In this document: piece by piece, positions 27,795 to 37,994 of the stretch
Layout of the letters: each line of letters begins with the position of its first letter
How positions within the stretch are numbered: the first letter of the stretch is position 1
Source: Candidatus Latescibacterota bacterium
Lineage (GTDB): Bacteria > Latescibacterota > UBA2968 > UBA8231
Length of the DNA stretch: 64,000 nucleotides
Direction of reading: 5' to 3'
NCBI GenBank assembly: GCA_965203355.1
Contig: OZ241889.1
Span: 3,168,001 to 3,232,000 of the forward strand
The notes under the pieces: generated by a model
Told to the model about the DNA's origin: nothing
Databases searched by the model: none
Seen by the model: only the letters and a program-made list of their open reading frames with translations
Made by a program: the position numbers and the translations under genes

Positions 27795-28722
27795 GAAGCG
27801 TTTTTAAAATTCATTTTTTTTAGCGATTCGCTTGAGTATCAAATGGATCATCGCGATTTGGATAAAGGCTTCACTATTGCAAGTTAGGTGCTCGTAGTCT
27901 TTGGCATGGACTCGATAGTTGAGTAGCCAAGCAAACGTTCGTTCGACGACCCAACGACGAGGGAGCACCTCAAAGCCGGAGCCTTGTCTGGATACGACTT
28001 CAAGGTCTATTTTGTGCGTTTTTTTTTTGAGCCACCCATTGCCTAAGCGGCGCGCCTTTATAGGCTCCATCCACCCACAGCTTGCGTAACCTTTGTACCG
28101 TGGGTGAAAAGTAGGTTTTCAACAAGGTCTTCAAGCCGTCGGCATCCGAGGTCGAAGCAGCGGTCACCACACACTCAATCAGACGACCCTCGGTGTCGAC
28201 CAACAGATGGCGTTTGCGTCCTTTAACCTTCTTGCCGGCATCGTATCCAACACTTTTACCTTGGGTGGCCGTGGTAACGCTCTGCGCGTCCACGATCCCC
28301 GCCGACGGGGTCGGTGCCCGGCCGTGCTGGATGCGATCCTGCCTGGTTAGGGCGTCGAGTATCTGTGGCCAAACCCCTTGTTGACGCCAGCGATTGAAGT
28401 AGCCATACACCGTTTGCCAAGGCCCAAAACACCGCGGCAGCATCGGCCAAGGACACCCGGTTTTAGCCCGATACAGTAGACCATTCATCACCAAACGCAC
28501 CGCCCGAGGTGGCCGACCCGGACCCCCTTGACGCCAACGGCCCCGAGGCAGCAGACGAGCAAGTAACAGCCATTGTGCATCGGTCAAATCCGTCGCATAT
28601 TCTACACCGGGCGTACCCATATATAACCCCCCTTTCAGGCTTTGTGATGAAACCTAAAGGTCGGTTCATGGGTACGTCCTTTCAAGGGAAAATCAACTAA
28701 AAGTGAATTTTAAAAAGGCTTC
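27795..28722 (-). mobile_element. IS5-family insertion sequence, 928 bp
   Basis: 19-bp terminal inverted repeats GAAGC(G/C)TTTTTAAAATTCA (18/19 match); TAA target duplication at 27792-27794 and 28723-28725. Confidence 0.93.
27804..28620 (-). CDS. IS5 transposase, split into two frames at an A10 run
   Basis: [10 protein letters not shown]...TGCPW..LP...DAQS...[12 protein letters not shown]...DGAY in ORF 28000-28620; [10 protein letters not shown] in ORF 27804-28070. Confidence 0.88.
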
Positions 28723-29023
28723 TAAGGCAGAAGCGGTCTCTGTGGACAGGAGTGCCGGGCGGATGCCTTGGATTGCGAGCTGCATTCGCCTAATCATATC
28801 TGCGTGATACCTTGCGTCGTCGATTTGATTCTCAAAAAATCGCGCTACTTCCTCAAACAACGGCTCAAACGCGCCATAGAGATTGTGGAGTTGGTACCCC
28901 ATGCTGTCCACCCCTTCGGCACTATGGGCAAACGCGTCTAGGCGTTCCTCGATGCGGCCGCCGATAAGCCTGATGTCCCAAGCACGCGCTCGCAACTCGG
29001 CTTCGAGAACGGCAAAAGCCTCC

Positions 29024-29362
29024 TTATCCATACACCTTGACTCCAGATCGGGCAAAGGATTGAGACGAAGGATGGCGGTCGAGATCAATTACGTCCACCA
29101 CCTTGCCGGTAGCGTCCTCCAATGCTTTCATCAGCTCAAGCACAATAGGCGAGCAACCTGCCACGGCCACGTCAATGTCGGACGACTCCCGCCAAGAATC
29201 AGGCGACCGCAGCGATCCCACAATGTACGCGGCCTCAATACCGAGCGATTCCCGCAGCGCCCACAGGGTGTGCCGAACTCGGGCGAGCAACTCGGCCTGC
29301 TCGGCCGCCAGCCGCTGGCGTCGAGTTCTCATGGCTTCGTCGAGGATACTGGTGTCAAACAT
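29024..29362 (-). CDS. Minimal nucleotidyltransferase (MNT) antitoxin
   Basis: YIVGS.......SDIDVAV...VDVIDL; overlaps the HEPN start. Confidence 0.88.
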   Translation of the reverse strand: MFDTSILDEAMRTRRQRLAAEQAELLARVRHTLWALRESLGIEAAYIVGSLRSPDSWRESSDIDVAVAGCSPIVLELMKALEDATGKVVDVIDLDRHPSSQSFARSGVKVYG

Positions 29363-29379
29363 ACTTTCGCCGCCTGCTC

Positions 29380-31185
29380 TCACTCCCACTCCACCGTGCC
29401 CGGCGGCTTGTGGGTAATATCGTAGAAAACCGCTTCAATGCCCGCTAGTGCCAGCAGCCGATCGCACACGTCGTCCAAAAACGCCGGCGGCAATGGGCAA
29501 AAGCGCGCGGTCATAAAGTCGGAAGTCGCAATCGGCCGCAGCACCACGCTTTCTTGCACCCCATCCGACGATAGCGGCAGCAGTACGGTCGGCATCTGGG
29601 TTACTTCCTGCATTAGCCCGTGGCGCTCCAACGCCTCCATGCTGATGGCATCGGCCCGACGCAGGCAATCGAGCCGATCGCGGGTCAGGTAGCCCGCTTT
29701 GATGCTTTGCTGCGGCCGCGGCGTTGGGCCCAGCAGGTAGATCACTCGATTGATCGCCGGAAAGTGATTGGTCAACTCGGTGGACAGTGCCTCTAGCGCC
29801 TTCCAATCGCTCGGGCCGGTAACTACCGCTGGATGCGCGTAGGTCCGCGAATCGCCCTGTACGCCAACGCTGCGCAACGGCAACACATCGAGCGCCAGAC
29901 CGAATGTCGCCGCCACCTTCTGCGCTTCGGCAACCGTCTCAAGCGACAAACCAGCGTCAGCGTTGTCTGCGTCCGGCCCCTCATTACACAACACCCTCAC
30001 CGCCAGCCCCGGCCCTGGGAATGGATGCCGCCAGACCAAGTGGTGCGGCAAGCCGAGCATCTCGCCCAAGGTGCGCACCTCGTCCTTGTAGAGCTGGTCC
30101 AGCGGCTCGACGACCTTGCCCTCGGCCAACAGCTGATCGAGGACCCCGACGCGATTGTGGTGGGTCTTGATGAGCGCGGCGTTTTCTGTGCCGCCGGACT
30201 CGATGGTATCCGTGTAGAGCGTCCCTTGGCCCAACAGCCATTCGTCCGGGTCCAGCGCCAGCGCCGCCAACGCTCGGTCGCGGACGCGGAGGAACTCCTC
30301 GCCAATCCGCCGCCGCTTTTCCTCCGGGTCGGCAATGCCGGCCGTAGCGGCGAGGAATGCTGCGCTGGCATCCACTACCTCCAGATTGTGCAGGCCCGCC
30401 CCCTTCATCAACCGCTCGACCAGCGCGGTCTCGCCCTCGCGCATAAAGCCGTTGTCAATGTGCAAGCCCAGCACTCGCTCGGCACCCAAGGCGCGGTTGA
30501 GCAGGAGAAATGCCACGGACGAATCAACCCCACCGCTGACGAACAAAAAGACGTTGCGCCCCTGCGCCTGCTGTTGGATCCGCTCGATGGTCTCCTCGGT
30601 GTAGTGCTCCATCGTCCAAGTCCGCTCGGCACCACACAGCGCGACGAAGTTATCTAGGATGTCCATGCCGCGGACGGTGTGCGTCACTTCTGGATGGAAC
30701 TGCAAGCCGTATATCTTGCGCTCGGCGTCGCCCATGGCCGCCACCGGGCAGGCCTCGGTCGCGCCCAAGACGACAAACCGGGGCGGCAGAGACGCGACGT
30801 GGTCCCGATGGCTCATCCACACCCGCTCGCACGCGCCCAGCCCGGCCAGCACCCCTTCTGCCTTGTGGACGTGCAAATCGGCCGCGCCAAACTCGTGCGT
30901 CGTTCCCCTATCGACTTGGCCGCCCAAGCGGTGGCAGAGCAGTTGGTGGCCATAGCACAAGCCCAGCATCGGCTTGCCCATCGCCAAAATTTCGGGATTG
31001 TACGCTGGCGCTTGCGGGTCATAGACGCTGGCCGGTCCGCCCGACAGAATCAGCCCGTCGGCGTCTTGCAGCTCGGCAATCGCCGTCTCGGGCGAGCGGA
31101 TCTCAGCGTGGACGCGGAGGTGGCGAATGCGGTTGGCGATCAAGTGGGCGTACTGCCCGCCGAAGTCGAGAACGACGATGCTCAA
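29380..31185 (-). CDS. guaA: GMP synthase (glutamine-hydrolysing)
   Basis: VLDFGGQY, LGLCYGHQ, QFHPEV, SGGVDS, IKTHHN, RHPFPGPGL and KPPGTVEWE. Confidence 0.96.
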   Translation of the reverse strand: MSIVVLDFGGQYAHLIANRIRHLRVHAEIRSPETAIAELQDADGLILSGGPASVYDPQAPAYNPEILAMGKPMLGLCYGHQLLCHRLGGQVDRGTTHEFGAADLHVHKAEGVLAGLGACERVWMSHRDHVASLPPRFVVLGATEACPVAAMGDAERKIYGLQFHPEVTHTVRGMDILDNFVALCGAERTWTMEHYTEETIERIQQQAQGRNVFLFVSGGVDSSVAFLLLNRALGAERVLGLHIDNGFMREGETALVERLMKGAGLHNLEVVDASAAFLAATAGIADPEEKRRRIGEEFLRVRDRALAALALDPDEWLLGQGTLYTDTIESGGTENAALIKTHHNRVGVLDQLLAEGKVVEPLDQLYKDEVRTLGEMLGLPHHLVWRHPFPGPGLAVRVLCNEGPDADNADAGLSLETVAEAQKVAATFGLALDVLPLRSVGVQGDSRTYAHPAVVTGPSDWKALEALSTELTNHFPAINRVIYLLGPTPRPQQSIKAGYLTRDRLDCLRRADAISMEALERHGLMQEVTQMPTVLLPLSSDGVQESVVLRPIATSDFMTARFCPLPPAFLDDVCDRLLALAGIEAVFYDITHKPPGTVEWE

Positions 31186-31333
31186 GGTTTATACCGGCCC
31201 TTTTAAGCTGCTCCACAAATGATAAGTACTATTAAAGAGGCTTTAAGCGTATCGTCAAGGCGCGTCCGCTCTCGCGCTTCCGGCACAACAGCCAAACAGG
31301 ACGCGCACACGCCGCTAGACTATATTTGCTCGC

Positions 31334-32623
31334 ATGACTTCCACACCCAACCCATCCGCACGCCTGCGTCCCGAGTTGGAGCTGGTCGGCACCATCGCCC
31401 TCGGCTTGGGTTCGATCGTCGGCACGGGTGTCTTTGTCAGCCTTGGTATTGGCGCGGGTATCGCTGGCCCGGCCGTGCTCGTCGCCATAGCCATCGGGGC
31501 GTTGGTCGCGCTCTGCAACGGCTTGTCCAGCGCCCAGCTAGCGGCCAGTCATCCGCTCAGCGGCGGCACGTACCAATACGGCTATGAGTACGCTTCACCC
31601 GCCCTCGGCTTTACCGCCGGGTGGATGTTTCTATGCGCCAAGAGCGCGACCGCAGCCACCGCGGCGATGGGGCTAGCCGGTTACCTGCTCAATGCACTGG
31701 ATCAGACCGCATCTATCACCCCCGTCGCCTTGGCGGCCGTGCTCGTGCTCACCCTCATTGCCCTCCTAGGCATCAACCGCACCAACAAGATCAACATCGC
31801 CATCGTCGCCGCGACGCTTTGCTCGCTGATCGCCTTCATCGTCGCGGGGGTGCCCGCCGCCCGGCACAACCTGCATCTAACCCCTTTCTTAGGCGACTCA
31901 GACTGGTCGGCCCTGTTGCAAGCCAGCGCTTTGATGTTCGTCGCCTATACGGGCTACGGTCGGATCGCCACACTCGGCGAAGAAGTGCGTCAACCCCGCA
32001 AAACCATCCCCCGCGCCATCGTCGCTTCCCTAGCCATCGCCATGATGTTCTACATCGGCGTCGCGGCCGTCGCCCTAGCCGCCGTAGGGTCGGAGGCGTT
32101 CTACGCGGCCACCATGGACAAAGCCGCTCCCCTAAAGGTCATCGCCCAGCACTTTGACGCGCCCGGCGTCTCTTGGATGCTGGCCCTAGGCGCAATCACC
32201 GCTATGGCCGGGGTGCTGCTCAACCTGATCCTGGGTCTGTCGCGGGTCCTGCTAGCTATGGGCCGCCGAGGGGATATGCCCCACGCCCTCGCCCGTCTCA
32301 ACCGAGATCAGAACACACCCGCTATGGCCGTGGTGGTGATCGGGCTGGCCATTGCCGGGCTGGCCCTCGCAGGCAACATCAAGACCACTTGGTCCTTTAG
32401 CGCCTTCACTATTCTGGTCTACTACGCCATCACCAACTTCTGCGCTCTGCGCTTGCCAGCCGACCAGCGGCTCTACCCTCGGTGGATAGCCACAGTAGGC
32501 TTAGGCGCCTGTCTGGGGCTGGCGTTTTTTGTCGAGCGCACGATCTGGCTCAGCGGCTTGGGATTGCTCTTATTCGGCTGGTGTTGGCACCGCGTGGCGC
32601 AGTACTACAGGGGGAGGGCCTAG
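31334..32623 (+). CDS. APC-family amino acid permease
   Basis: GSIVGTGVF; GGTYQY; FVAYTGY...LGEEV..P.KTIPRA; about 12 hydrophobic segments. Confidence 0.9.
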   Translation: MTSTPNPSARLRPELELVGTIALGLGSIVGTGVFVSLGIGAGIAGPAVLVAIAIGALVALCNGLSSAQLAASHPLSGGTYQYGYEYASPALGFTAGWMFLCAKSATAATAAMGLAGYLLNALDQTASITPVALAAVLVLTLIALLGINRTNKINIAIVAATLCSLIAFIVAGVPAARHNLHLTPFLGDSDWSALLQASALMFVAYTGYGRIATLGEEVRQPRKTIPRAIVASLAIAMMFYIGVAAVALAAVGSEAFYAATMDKAAPLKVIAQHFDAPGVSWMLALGAITAMAGVLLNLILGLSRVLLAMGRRGDMPHALARLNRDQNTPAMAVVVIGLAIAGLALAGNIKTTWSFSAFTILVYYAITNFCALRLPADQRLYPRWIATVGLGACLGLAFFVERTIWLSGLGLLLFGWCWHRVAQYYRGRA

Positions 32624-32629
32624 GGTCGC

Positions 32630-34189
32630 TCAGTGTATTTTTGCCGGCGCGGCTCTATCCTTCACCAGCAGCGTCGGCCGCTGCCAGCGGGCATCGTCGC
32701 GCTCGGGATGATCGCAGTTGTAGTGAACGCCGCGGCTTTCCAAGCGCTGCTGGGCCGAGCGGGCAATGAGCGTGGCTACGGTCGCCAAGTTGCTTAGCTG
32801 TACAAGCTCGGCATCGAGCCGCTGCCCGCGGTACAATGCTTCGATTTCTCGCGCCAGCCGCTCGGTCTCCGCACAAGCCCGCAGCAAGCCGCAATCGCTG
32901 CGTACGATGCCCACCTCGTCCCACATCAAACGCCGCAGTAGCTCCCGCCGCTCCTCCAGCGCAGCAGGCGCAACAACAGCGCCCTTGTGCTCCACTGCAA
33001 ACCGCCCCACAGCCACGGGCGCGACCGTGCTGGCGTGCGCGACCGCGCGCCGCGCAAAAACCAAACCTTCCAACAGCGAATTACTCGCCAGCCGATTGGC
33101 CCCCTGAAATCCGCTCATCGCCACCTCGCCAGCCGCGTATAAACCCGCGATATCCGTCTGGCCATGCGCGTCCGTCCACACCCCGCCGCCGCTATAATGG
33201 GCGGCGGGCACTACCGGAATTGGCGTCTCGGTCATATCCACACCCATCCCCAGACAATGCTGATAGATGTTGGGAAAGCGGCCGCGGGTCAGGTCGGCAT
33301 CTTGGCCCGTAACATCCAAATAGACACACTCAGCACCGCTTTGCTGCATCTGCGCGACAATCGCCCGCGACACCACATCGCGCGTCTGCAACGGGTCCGT
33401 GAACGCCGCGCCGCGCTCGTCAATAAGCACAGCACCAAAGCCGCGCAAAGCCTCGGTAATCAGGAACGAGGGCCGCCCCGGATCGTAGAGCATGGTCGGG
33501 TGGAACTGCATAAACTCCATGTTGCCCACCCTCGCGCCCGCCCGCCACGCCATGGCAACCCCATCGCCAGAGGCCACGCGCGGGTTGGTGGTGTGCAAAA
33601 AAACCTGCCCGCAGCCGCCCGTGGCCAGCAGCGTAACCGGCGCCAAGGCGGCGACAGGATCGGCTTGCTGCGAGTCCAACACCCAAGCCCCGTGGCAACG
33701 CCGTTGCTCATCTACGATTAAATCTATAGCCAAATGGTGATCGTACCAGGTCACTTGCGGCAGGGCTTGCACAGCCGCGACCAAGGCGCGCGTCACCTCG
33801 CGGCCAGTCGTATCGTCCGCATGTACCACCCGCGCATGGGTGTGCCCGCCCTCGCGCCCCAACGCCAACACCCCGGGCCGCGCTTCATTGAACTGGGCAC
33901 CAATCGCCAGCAGCTCGGCCACCACTTCCGGCCCTTCGGCCACCACCCCTTCGACGACCGCACGGTCGCACAGGCCAGCACCTGCCGCAAGCGTATCCTG
34001 CACATGACTCGCTACTGAATCAGCCGCATCCACGACCGCGGCAATACCGCCTTGTGCGTATTGCGTGTTGGACTCGCGCCGCTCGCGTTTGGTCACGACG
34101 GCTACAGACCCGTGCTGAGCCGCCTTGAGGGCAAAGAACAAACCGGCAATACCGCTGCCGAGCACTAGATAATCCGCCTCGATTTTCAT
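32630..34189 (-). CDS. nadB: L-aspartate oxidase
   Basis: GSGIAG, YAQGGIA, REGGH, QFHPT, PAAHY, GANRLASNSL and ESRG.HY. Confidence 0.93.
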   Translation of the reverse strand: MKIEADYLVLGSGIAGLFFALKAAQHGSVAVVTKRERRESNTQYAQGGIAAVVDAADSVASHVQDTLAAGAGLCDRAVVEGVVAEGPEVVAELLAIGAQFNEARPGVLALGREGGHTHARVVHADDTTGREVTRALVAAVQALPQVTWYDHHLAIDLIVDEQRRCHGAWVLDSQQADPVAALAPVTLLATGGCGQVFLHTTNPRVASGDGVAMAWRAGARVGNMEFMQFHPTMLYDPGRPSFLITEALRGFGAVLIDERGAAFTDPLQTRDVVSRAIVAQMQQSGAECVYLDVTGQDADLTRGRFPNIYQHCLGMGVDMTETPIPVVPAAHYSGGGVWTDAHGQTDIAGLYAAGEVAMSGFQGANRLASNSLLEGLVFARRAVAHASTVAPVAVGRFAVEHKGAVVAPAALEERRELLRRLMWDEVGIVRSDCGLLRACAETERLAREIEALYRGQRLDAELVQLSNLATVATLIARSAQQRLESRGVHYNCDHPERDDARWQRPTLLVKDRAAPAKIH

Positions 34190-36852
34190 TTGATAAAAAT
34201 CATCTTATTAGCGCGGGCGATCGGCCCGATGCGCAATACACAATAATACATGCCGCTGGCCACGCGCTCGCCCCGCTCGTCGCGGCCATCCCAAAAAGTG
34301 CTGTACAACCCCGGGGCCGCCAGTTCCTTCACCAAATGCCGCACCAAACCGCCGGTCAAGGTGCAGACTTTCAACTCGACCAAGGTCTGGCCAGAGACGA
34401 TGGGGTCGTTGATCCCGATCTGATAGTCAATCTGCGTCCCCTCGTTGAACGGGTTGGGGTAATTCTGCCCCAAGGCAAAATCCAAGGGCGTGCGAGGATC
34501 GAAGTTGAGGAAGGGCTGCCAGTTGACATCGCCGTTGATCCGGGCCGCGATCCAACGCTCGTCCTCGTTCCCCCACCAATTGTTAATCGCCTGCAAGGGT
34601 TGATCCGTTTGATTATCGAGCAGTTGCTCACCTTCTTGGACGCCATTCAAGACCAGCCGCGTCGGCACCACGCTCCCCTCCACCCGCATGGCCAACGCAT
34701 TGCGGAAGAATTGATTGCGCACAATGCGCGGGCGCGCACTGCGCGTCCAAAGGCCCACTTCGTGATTGTACAGCTCGTTGTCCTCGATCTCGACTTCTCT
34801 CGTCTCCACGCAGTAAATCCCAATCCCGCCGGTAAACGAATTGCCCGTTATCTTGCCGCTGGTCCCCCGCCCCAAGACCAAGTTGGCCTCTTCGGGCACC
34901 CCCGAGCCGTTGGCGTTGAAACGAGTATTGAGCAACGACAAAAACCCACCCTCGCGCCAAATGCCAGCGCGGCCATTGCCGTGCAGCTCGGCGCGGTTTA
35001 TCCGCGTCAAGCCAGGGCCAGCGATCCAAATGCCCACGCCACCTGCTTCCTCGACGCGCACGCCGTCTAAGCGAATCTCCTCTTCGACCTTTGCTAAGCG
35101 AATGCCGTCCGCCCGGACGCGGCGGATGGTCACATCTTCCAAGGTAATGGCGTGGTCCATTTTCTCGGACAACAGGCCATAGTCGGCATGGTCGATGCGG
35201 ACGCGGCGCAAATAGGCCGTGGCCGTTTGGTGCAGCACGATGCCGCGCCAATCGCCGGGCTGCGGGTCGGCCGCGGCCGAGTGGAAGGCGGTTTGCCCCT
35301 GCCCGGAAACGCCGATGGCGAGATCGCCGTACACTATCAGTTCCACGCGCGTCGTATCCGCGCCCGTAGCCAGCGCGTCCGGCCCCACCTGCACCTGCGC
35401 ACCAGCGCGGATATCGAGGTGCCCTCCGGGCAGAACGGTCACGTCGCCGACCATCTCAATGCGGTCGCGCCAGATTTCCACGTCGCCAATCGGACCGGCA
35501 CGCCGGTGGTCTTGCAGCTTGAGATCGGCCACCATCTGATCCCCGGATCGGCGGATATTCGTCACGCTAATCCCGGTTGTAGAAGCCGGGTTGGACGCGG
35601 CCCAGAAGTCGGTAAATTGCTCGCCGTCAAACACGTCCGTGGCGTCTCCGAGGTTGCCGCCAAAATCCGTGCGATAGCGCTCATCATGCGCCCAAAAGTC
35701 GAGATTGTCGCGACCGCTAAACCGGGCTATCTGGCGGCCCAAGGGGAAACCTGCATCGCCAAAAAGCCCATCAGCGCATACTAAATCCACCTGTTTGATG
35801 GCTTCCATATTATTGCCGCTGCGCGTGGGATCTACGCGCCAGATCAACAAGCCCTCGCCGGGCAAATTGCGCTCGTAATAGCTGTGCTGGCGGCTGCGGA
35901 ACTCCACGAGAAAAAGGTGCTCAGCGGGCGCCGCCGCGGGCAGCAAATACACCGCGCCACCCGCGTTGACATCGGCAAAAACCACGTCGTCTTGGTCCGC
36001 GCGCAGCACGTTGAGCTGTTGGTTGTTCACCCCCAGCCAACCAAGCTGCCCCAAGCTCCACGCGCAAAAGGGATTGGGTCCATCTACCTCGCCCCAGCCG
36101 CGATTGCCGTGCCCCATCAAGCCCCAATAGCCAATGCCCCCCGAGTCGTCGTCCGGCTCGGCTCCAGGATCGCGGTCGTACAGGTCGGGCAGGCCCAGAA
36201 AGTGTCCAAACTCGTGGGCCATGCTGCCCACGGCCTCGGCAGAAGACCGCCCGCGCTGCACGGCCCCACTTTTCGAGCGCACCCGAATGAAACCGCCGCG
36301 CCGGGCGCGGTCTTCGCTCACAAAATCGCTACCCAATCCGAGCCGAGCAACGCCCGTGGCCTCTTCGACGATAAAGCCCTTGGGGGCCGAGGCCGAGATG
36401 ATAAAAATAAAATCCACGTAGCCATCGTCGTCGCCAGAGTTGGGCACCCCGTCCGGGCCGTCGTTGTCGTAGCGGCTAAAGTCCACATCGGCATCAACGG
36501 CTTGGATGATCTCGCGCGCAAAGCGACCATACCCGCCCTCCGCGCCTGCGTACGCGGCCGCCTGGCTGCGGGACGCGTACCAACGGGGCAGCACCTCGCC
36601 GGTAAGTTCGAACTGCCCGCGCGACATCTCGCTATAGAAGTGAGTTAGGCTGCCCGGCTGCTCGGAGAAAATCTCCGCCGCAAAAGACGGGACCGCGCCG
36701 CCCAAGCCGCCCTCATCGGCAAAGTGCGCGAAGATGGTCAGCGCGTGGATGTGGCCGGTTCGGGGGGCGACGTCTTGCAGGGGAGCCGCGCCGGCTCCTG
36801 CGGACGCAAACCAAGCGGCGACGAGCGCGTTTTTGGCAGCAAGTTTAAGCAT
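34186..36852 (-). CDS. M6 (immune inhibitor A-like) metalloprotease with beta-helix and FlgD-Ig/T9SS-like C-terminal domain
   Basis: AHEFGHFLGLPDLYD; DNDGPDGVPNSGDDDGYVD; QNYPNPFN...WDGRDE.G.RVASGMY. Confidence 0.88.
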   Translation of the reverse strand: MLKLAAKNALVAAWFASAGAGAAPLQDVAPRTGHIHALTIFAHFADEGGLGGAVPSFAAEIFSEQPGSLTHFYSEMSRGQFELTGEVLPRWYASRSQAAAYAGAEGGYGRFAREIIQAVDADVDFSRYDNDGPDGVPNSGDDDGYVDFIFIISASAPKGFIVEEATGVARLGLGSDFVSEDRARRGGFIRVRSKSGAVQRGRSSAEAVGSMAHEFGHFLGLPDLYDRDPGAEPDDDSGGIGYWGLMGHGNRGWGEVDGPNPFCAWSLGQLGWLGVNNQQLNVLRADQDDVVFADVNAGGAVYLLPAAAPAEHLFLVEFRSRQHSYYERNLPGEGLLIWRVDPTRSGNNMEAIKQVDLVCADGLFGDAGFPLGRQIARFSGRDNLDFWAHDERYRTDFGGNLGDATDVFDGEQFTDFWAASNPASTTGISVTNIRRSGDQMVADLKLQDHRRAGPIGDVEIWRDRIEMVGDVTVLPGGHLDIRAGAQVQVGPDALATGADTTRVELIVYGDLAIGVSGQGQTAFHSAAADPQPGDWRGIVLHQTATAYLRRVRIDHADYGLLSEKMDHAITLEDVTIRRVRADGIRLAKVEEEIRLDGVRVEEAGGVGIWIAGPGLTRINRAELHGNGRAGIWREGGFLSLLNTRFNANGSGVPEEANLVLGRGTSGKITGNSFTGGIGIYCVETREVEIEDNELYNHEVGLWTRSARPRIVRNQFFRNALAMRVEGSVVPTRLVLNGVQEGEQLLDNQTDQPLQAINNWWGNEDERWIAARINGDVNWQPFLNFDPRTPLDFALGQNYPNPFNEGTQIDYQIGINDPIVSGQTLVELKVCTLTGGLVRHLVKELAAPGLYSTFWDGRDERGERVASGMYYCVLRIGPIARANKMIFIK

Positions 36853-37994
36853 CAAGAAGCGGCGCGCTTTTCGAGCAAAAACAAGAATTCGCGATTGGCT
36901 TCACCCGCATCGCGCGTCCATTTATGCGTCCACTTCATACCGGCCATGACGTTCTTTTTGTATTCGATCTCGACCACCTCTAACAGCCGGCCGTGCCTGC
37001 TCAGGACATCGTCCAATGCTCGGGCTGTTGCCCGACCGCCTGAGCTATAGGACAAGATCGTCCAGCGGGCGGGCGTGGCCGCGATGAGTTGCTCAATGGC
37101 CTCGACGGCTTTGAAGCGGCCTCGATCACTCCGGCGAAACTCCTCAAAGGCCGATGCAGCGATGGAGTCGGCGGTGTCGCAGCGTCGATTGGCCTTACCG
37201 AAAAGGCTGGGGTTGTCAAAGAGCACAACGCTCGTCCACACGTGGTAATAAGCGGCATAACGCACGCGCGATGGCGGCATTTTCTCGTTGTTCGACCCAT
37301 ACGGCGGATCAAAATACGCCAGATCAACCGCGACCTGGGGCACTAAGTCCAAGATGTCGCGTTGGCATACTTGGTGCGGCAAGGACGATGGAACGATGCC
37401 GGGGATGTCGAGTACGAGGTCTCCATAGGAGCGAGGCGACCAGTCTTTGAGATACGAGACAAAGTGCCCTAGGCTGCTATCGACGCGATCGAGGGCTAGC
37501 ATCAGACTCGTCAGCGCCACGGACTTAGAGACCGGATCGAGCGCCAGATCTTCGATCTCCTGCCGGATGGCATCGAGCTTGCGGGTATTGTGTATTTGCC
37601 AAGGCTTCTTGCGGCCATCGCGCTGGATGGAACAGCCGCCGTTGGGCTGTCCTCCGTAGTGCTCGGTGAACCACCCATCCACTGGCGGCACGGCATTGAG
37701 GTGATCGATAAGCGATTGGTAGTACTCGCGTTTCTTCTTGTTGAGCAGATAGCACGTACCAAACACCTTGGACCACGCGGCAATGTCGTTGCAGACAACC
37801 GTATAACCACGACGGGCGAGGGCCTGCGATACGCGCGTTGTGCCGGCGAACCCGTCCAAAACGGTCTTGGGGCCCACTTTTTCGACTAGCTGCAAGATGT
37901 GCGGGAGCAGCTTCAACTTGGATCCGGCGTATTTGATACCCTCGGTGCGAGGAACATCTACGATGCTATCGCCGAAAAGCGGCAGTTCCGTCAC
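36852..37994 (-). CDS. DNA adenine methyltransferase (D12/Dam-like class)
   Basis: KYAGSKLKL, LDGFAGT (motif I) and YFDPPY (motif IV). Confidence 0.9.
   Translation of the reverse strand: MTELPLFGDSIVDVPRTEGIKYAGSKLKLLPHILQLVEKVGPKTVLDGFAGTTRVSQALARRGYTVVCNDIAAWSKVFGTCYLLNKKKREYYQSLIDHLNAVPPVDGWFTEHYGGQPNGGCSIQRDGRKKPWQIHNTRKLDAIRQEIEDLALDPVSKSVALTSLMLALDRVDSSLGHFVSYLKDWSPRSYGDLVLDIPGIVPSSLPHQVCQRDILDLVPQVAVDLAYFDPPYGSNNEKMPPSRVRYAAYYHVWTSVVLFDNPSLFGKANRRCDTADSIAASAFEEFRRSDRGRFKAVEAIEQLIAATPARWTILSYSSGGRATARALDDVLSRHGRLLEVVEIEYKKNVMAGMKWTHKWTRDAGEANREFLFLLEKRAAS

Larger units (their letters stand above)
27636..29031 (-). pseudogene. HEPN ribonuclease toxin (HepT-like) split by IS5
   Basis: 5' part MDKEAFAVL...LHNLYGAFE...ETASAL resumes after the IS as DELRRFRHFFRHAY...FLALLRPE*, carrying the HEPN R-x4-H motif. 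Confidence 0.85.
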
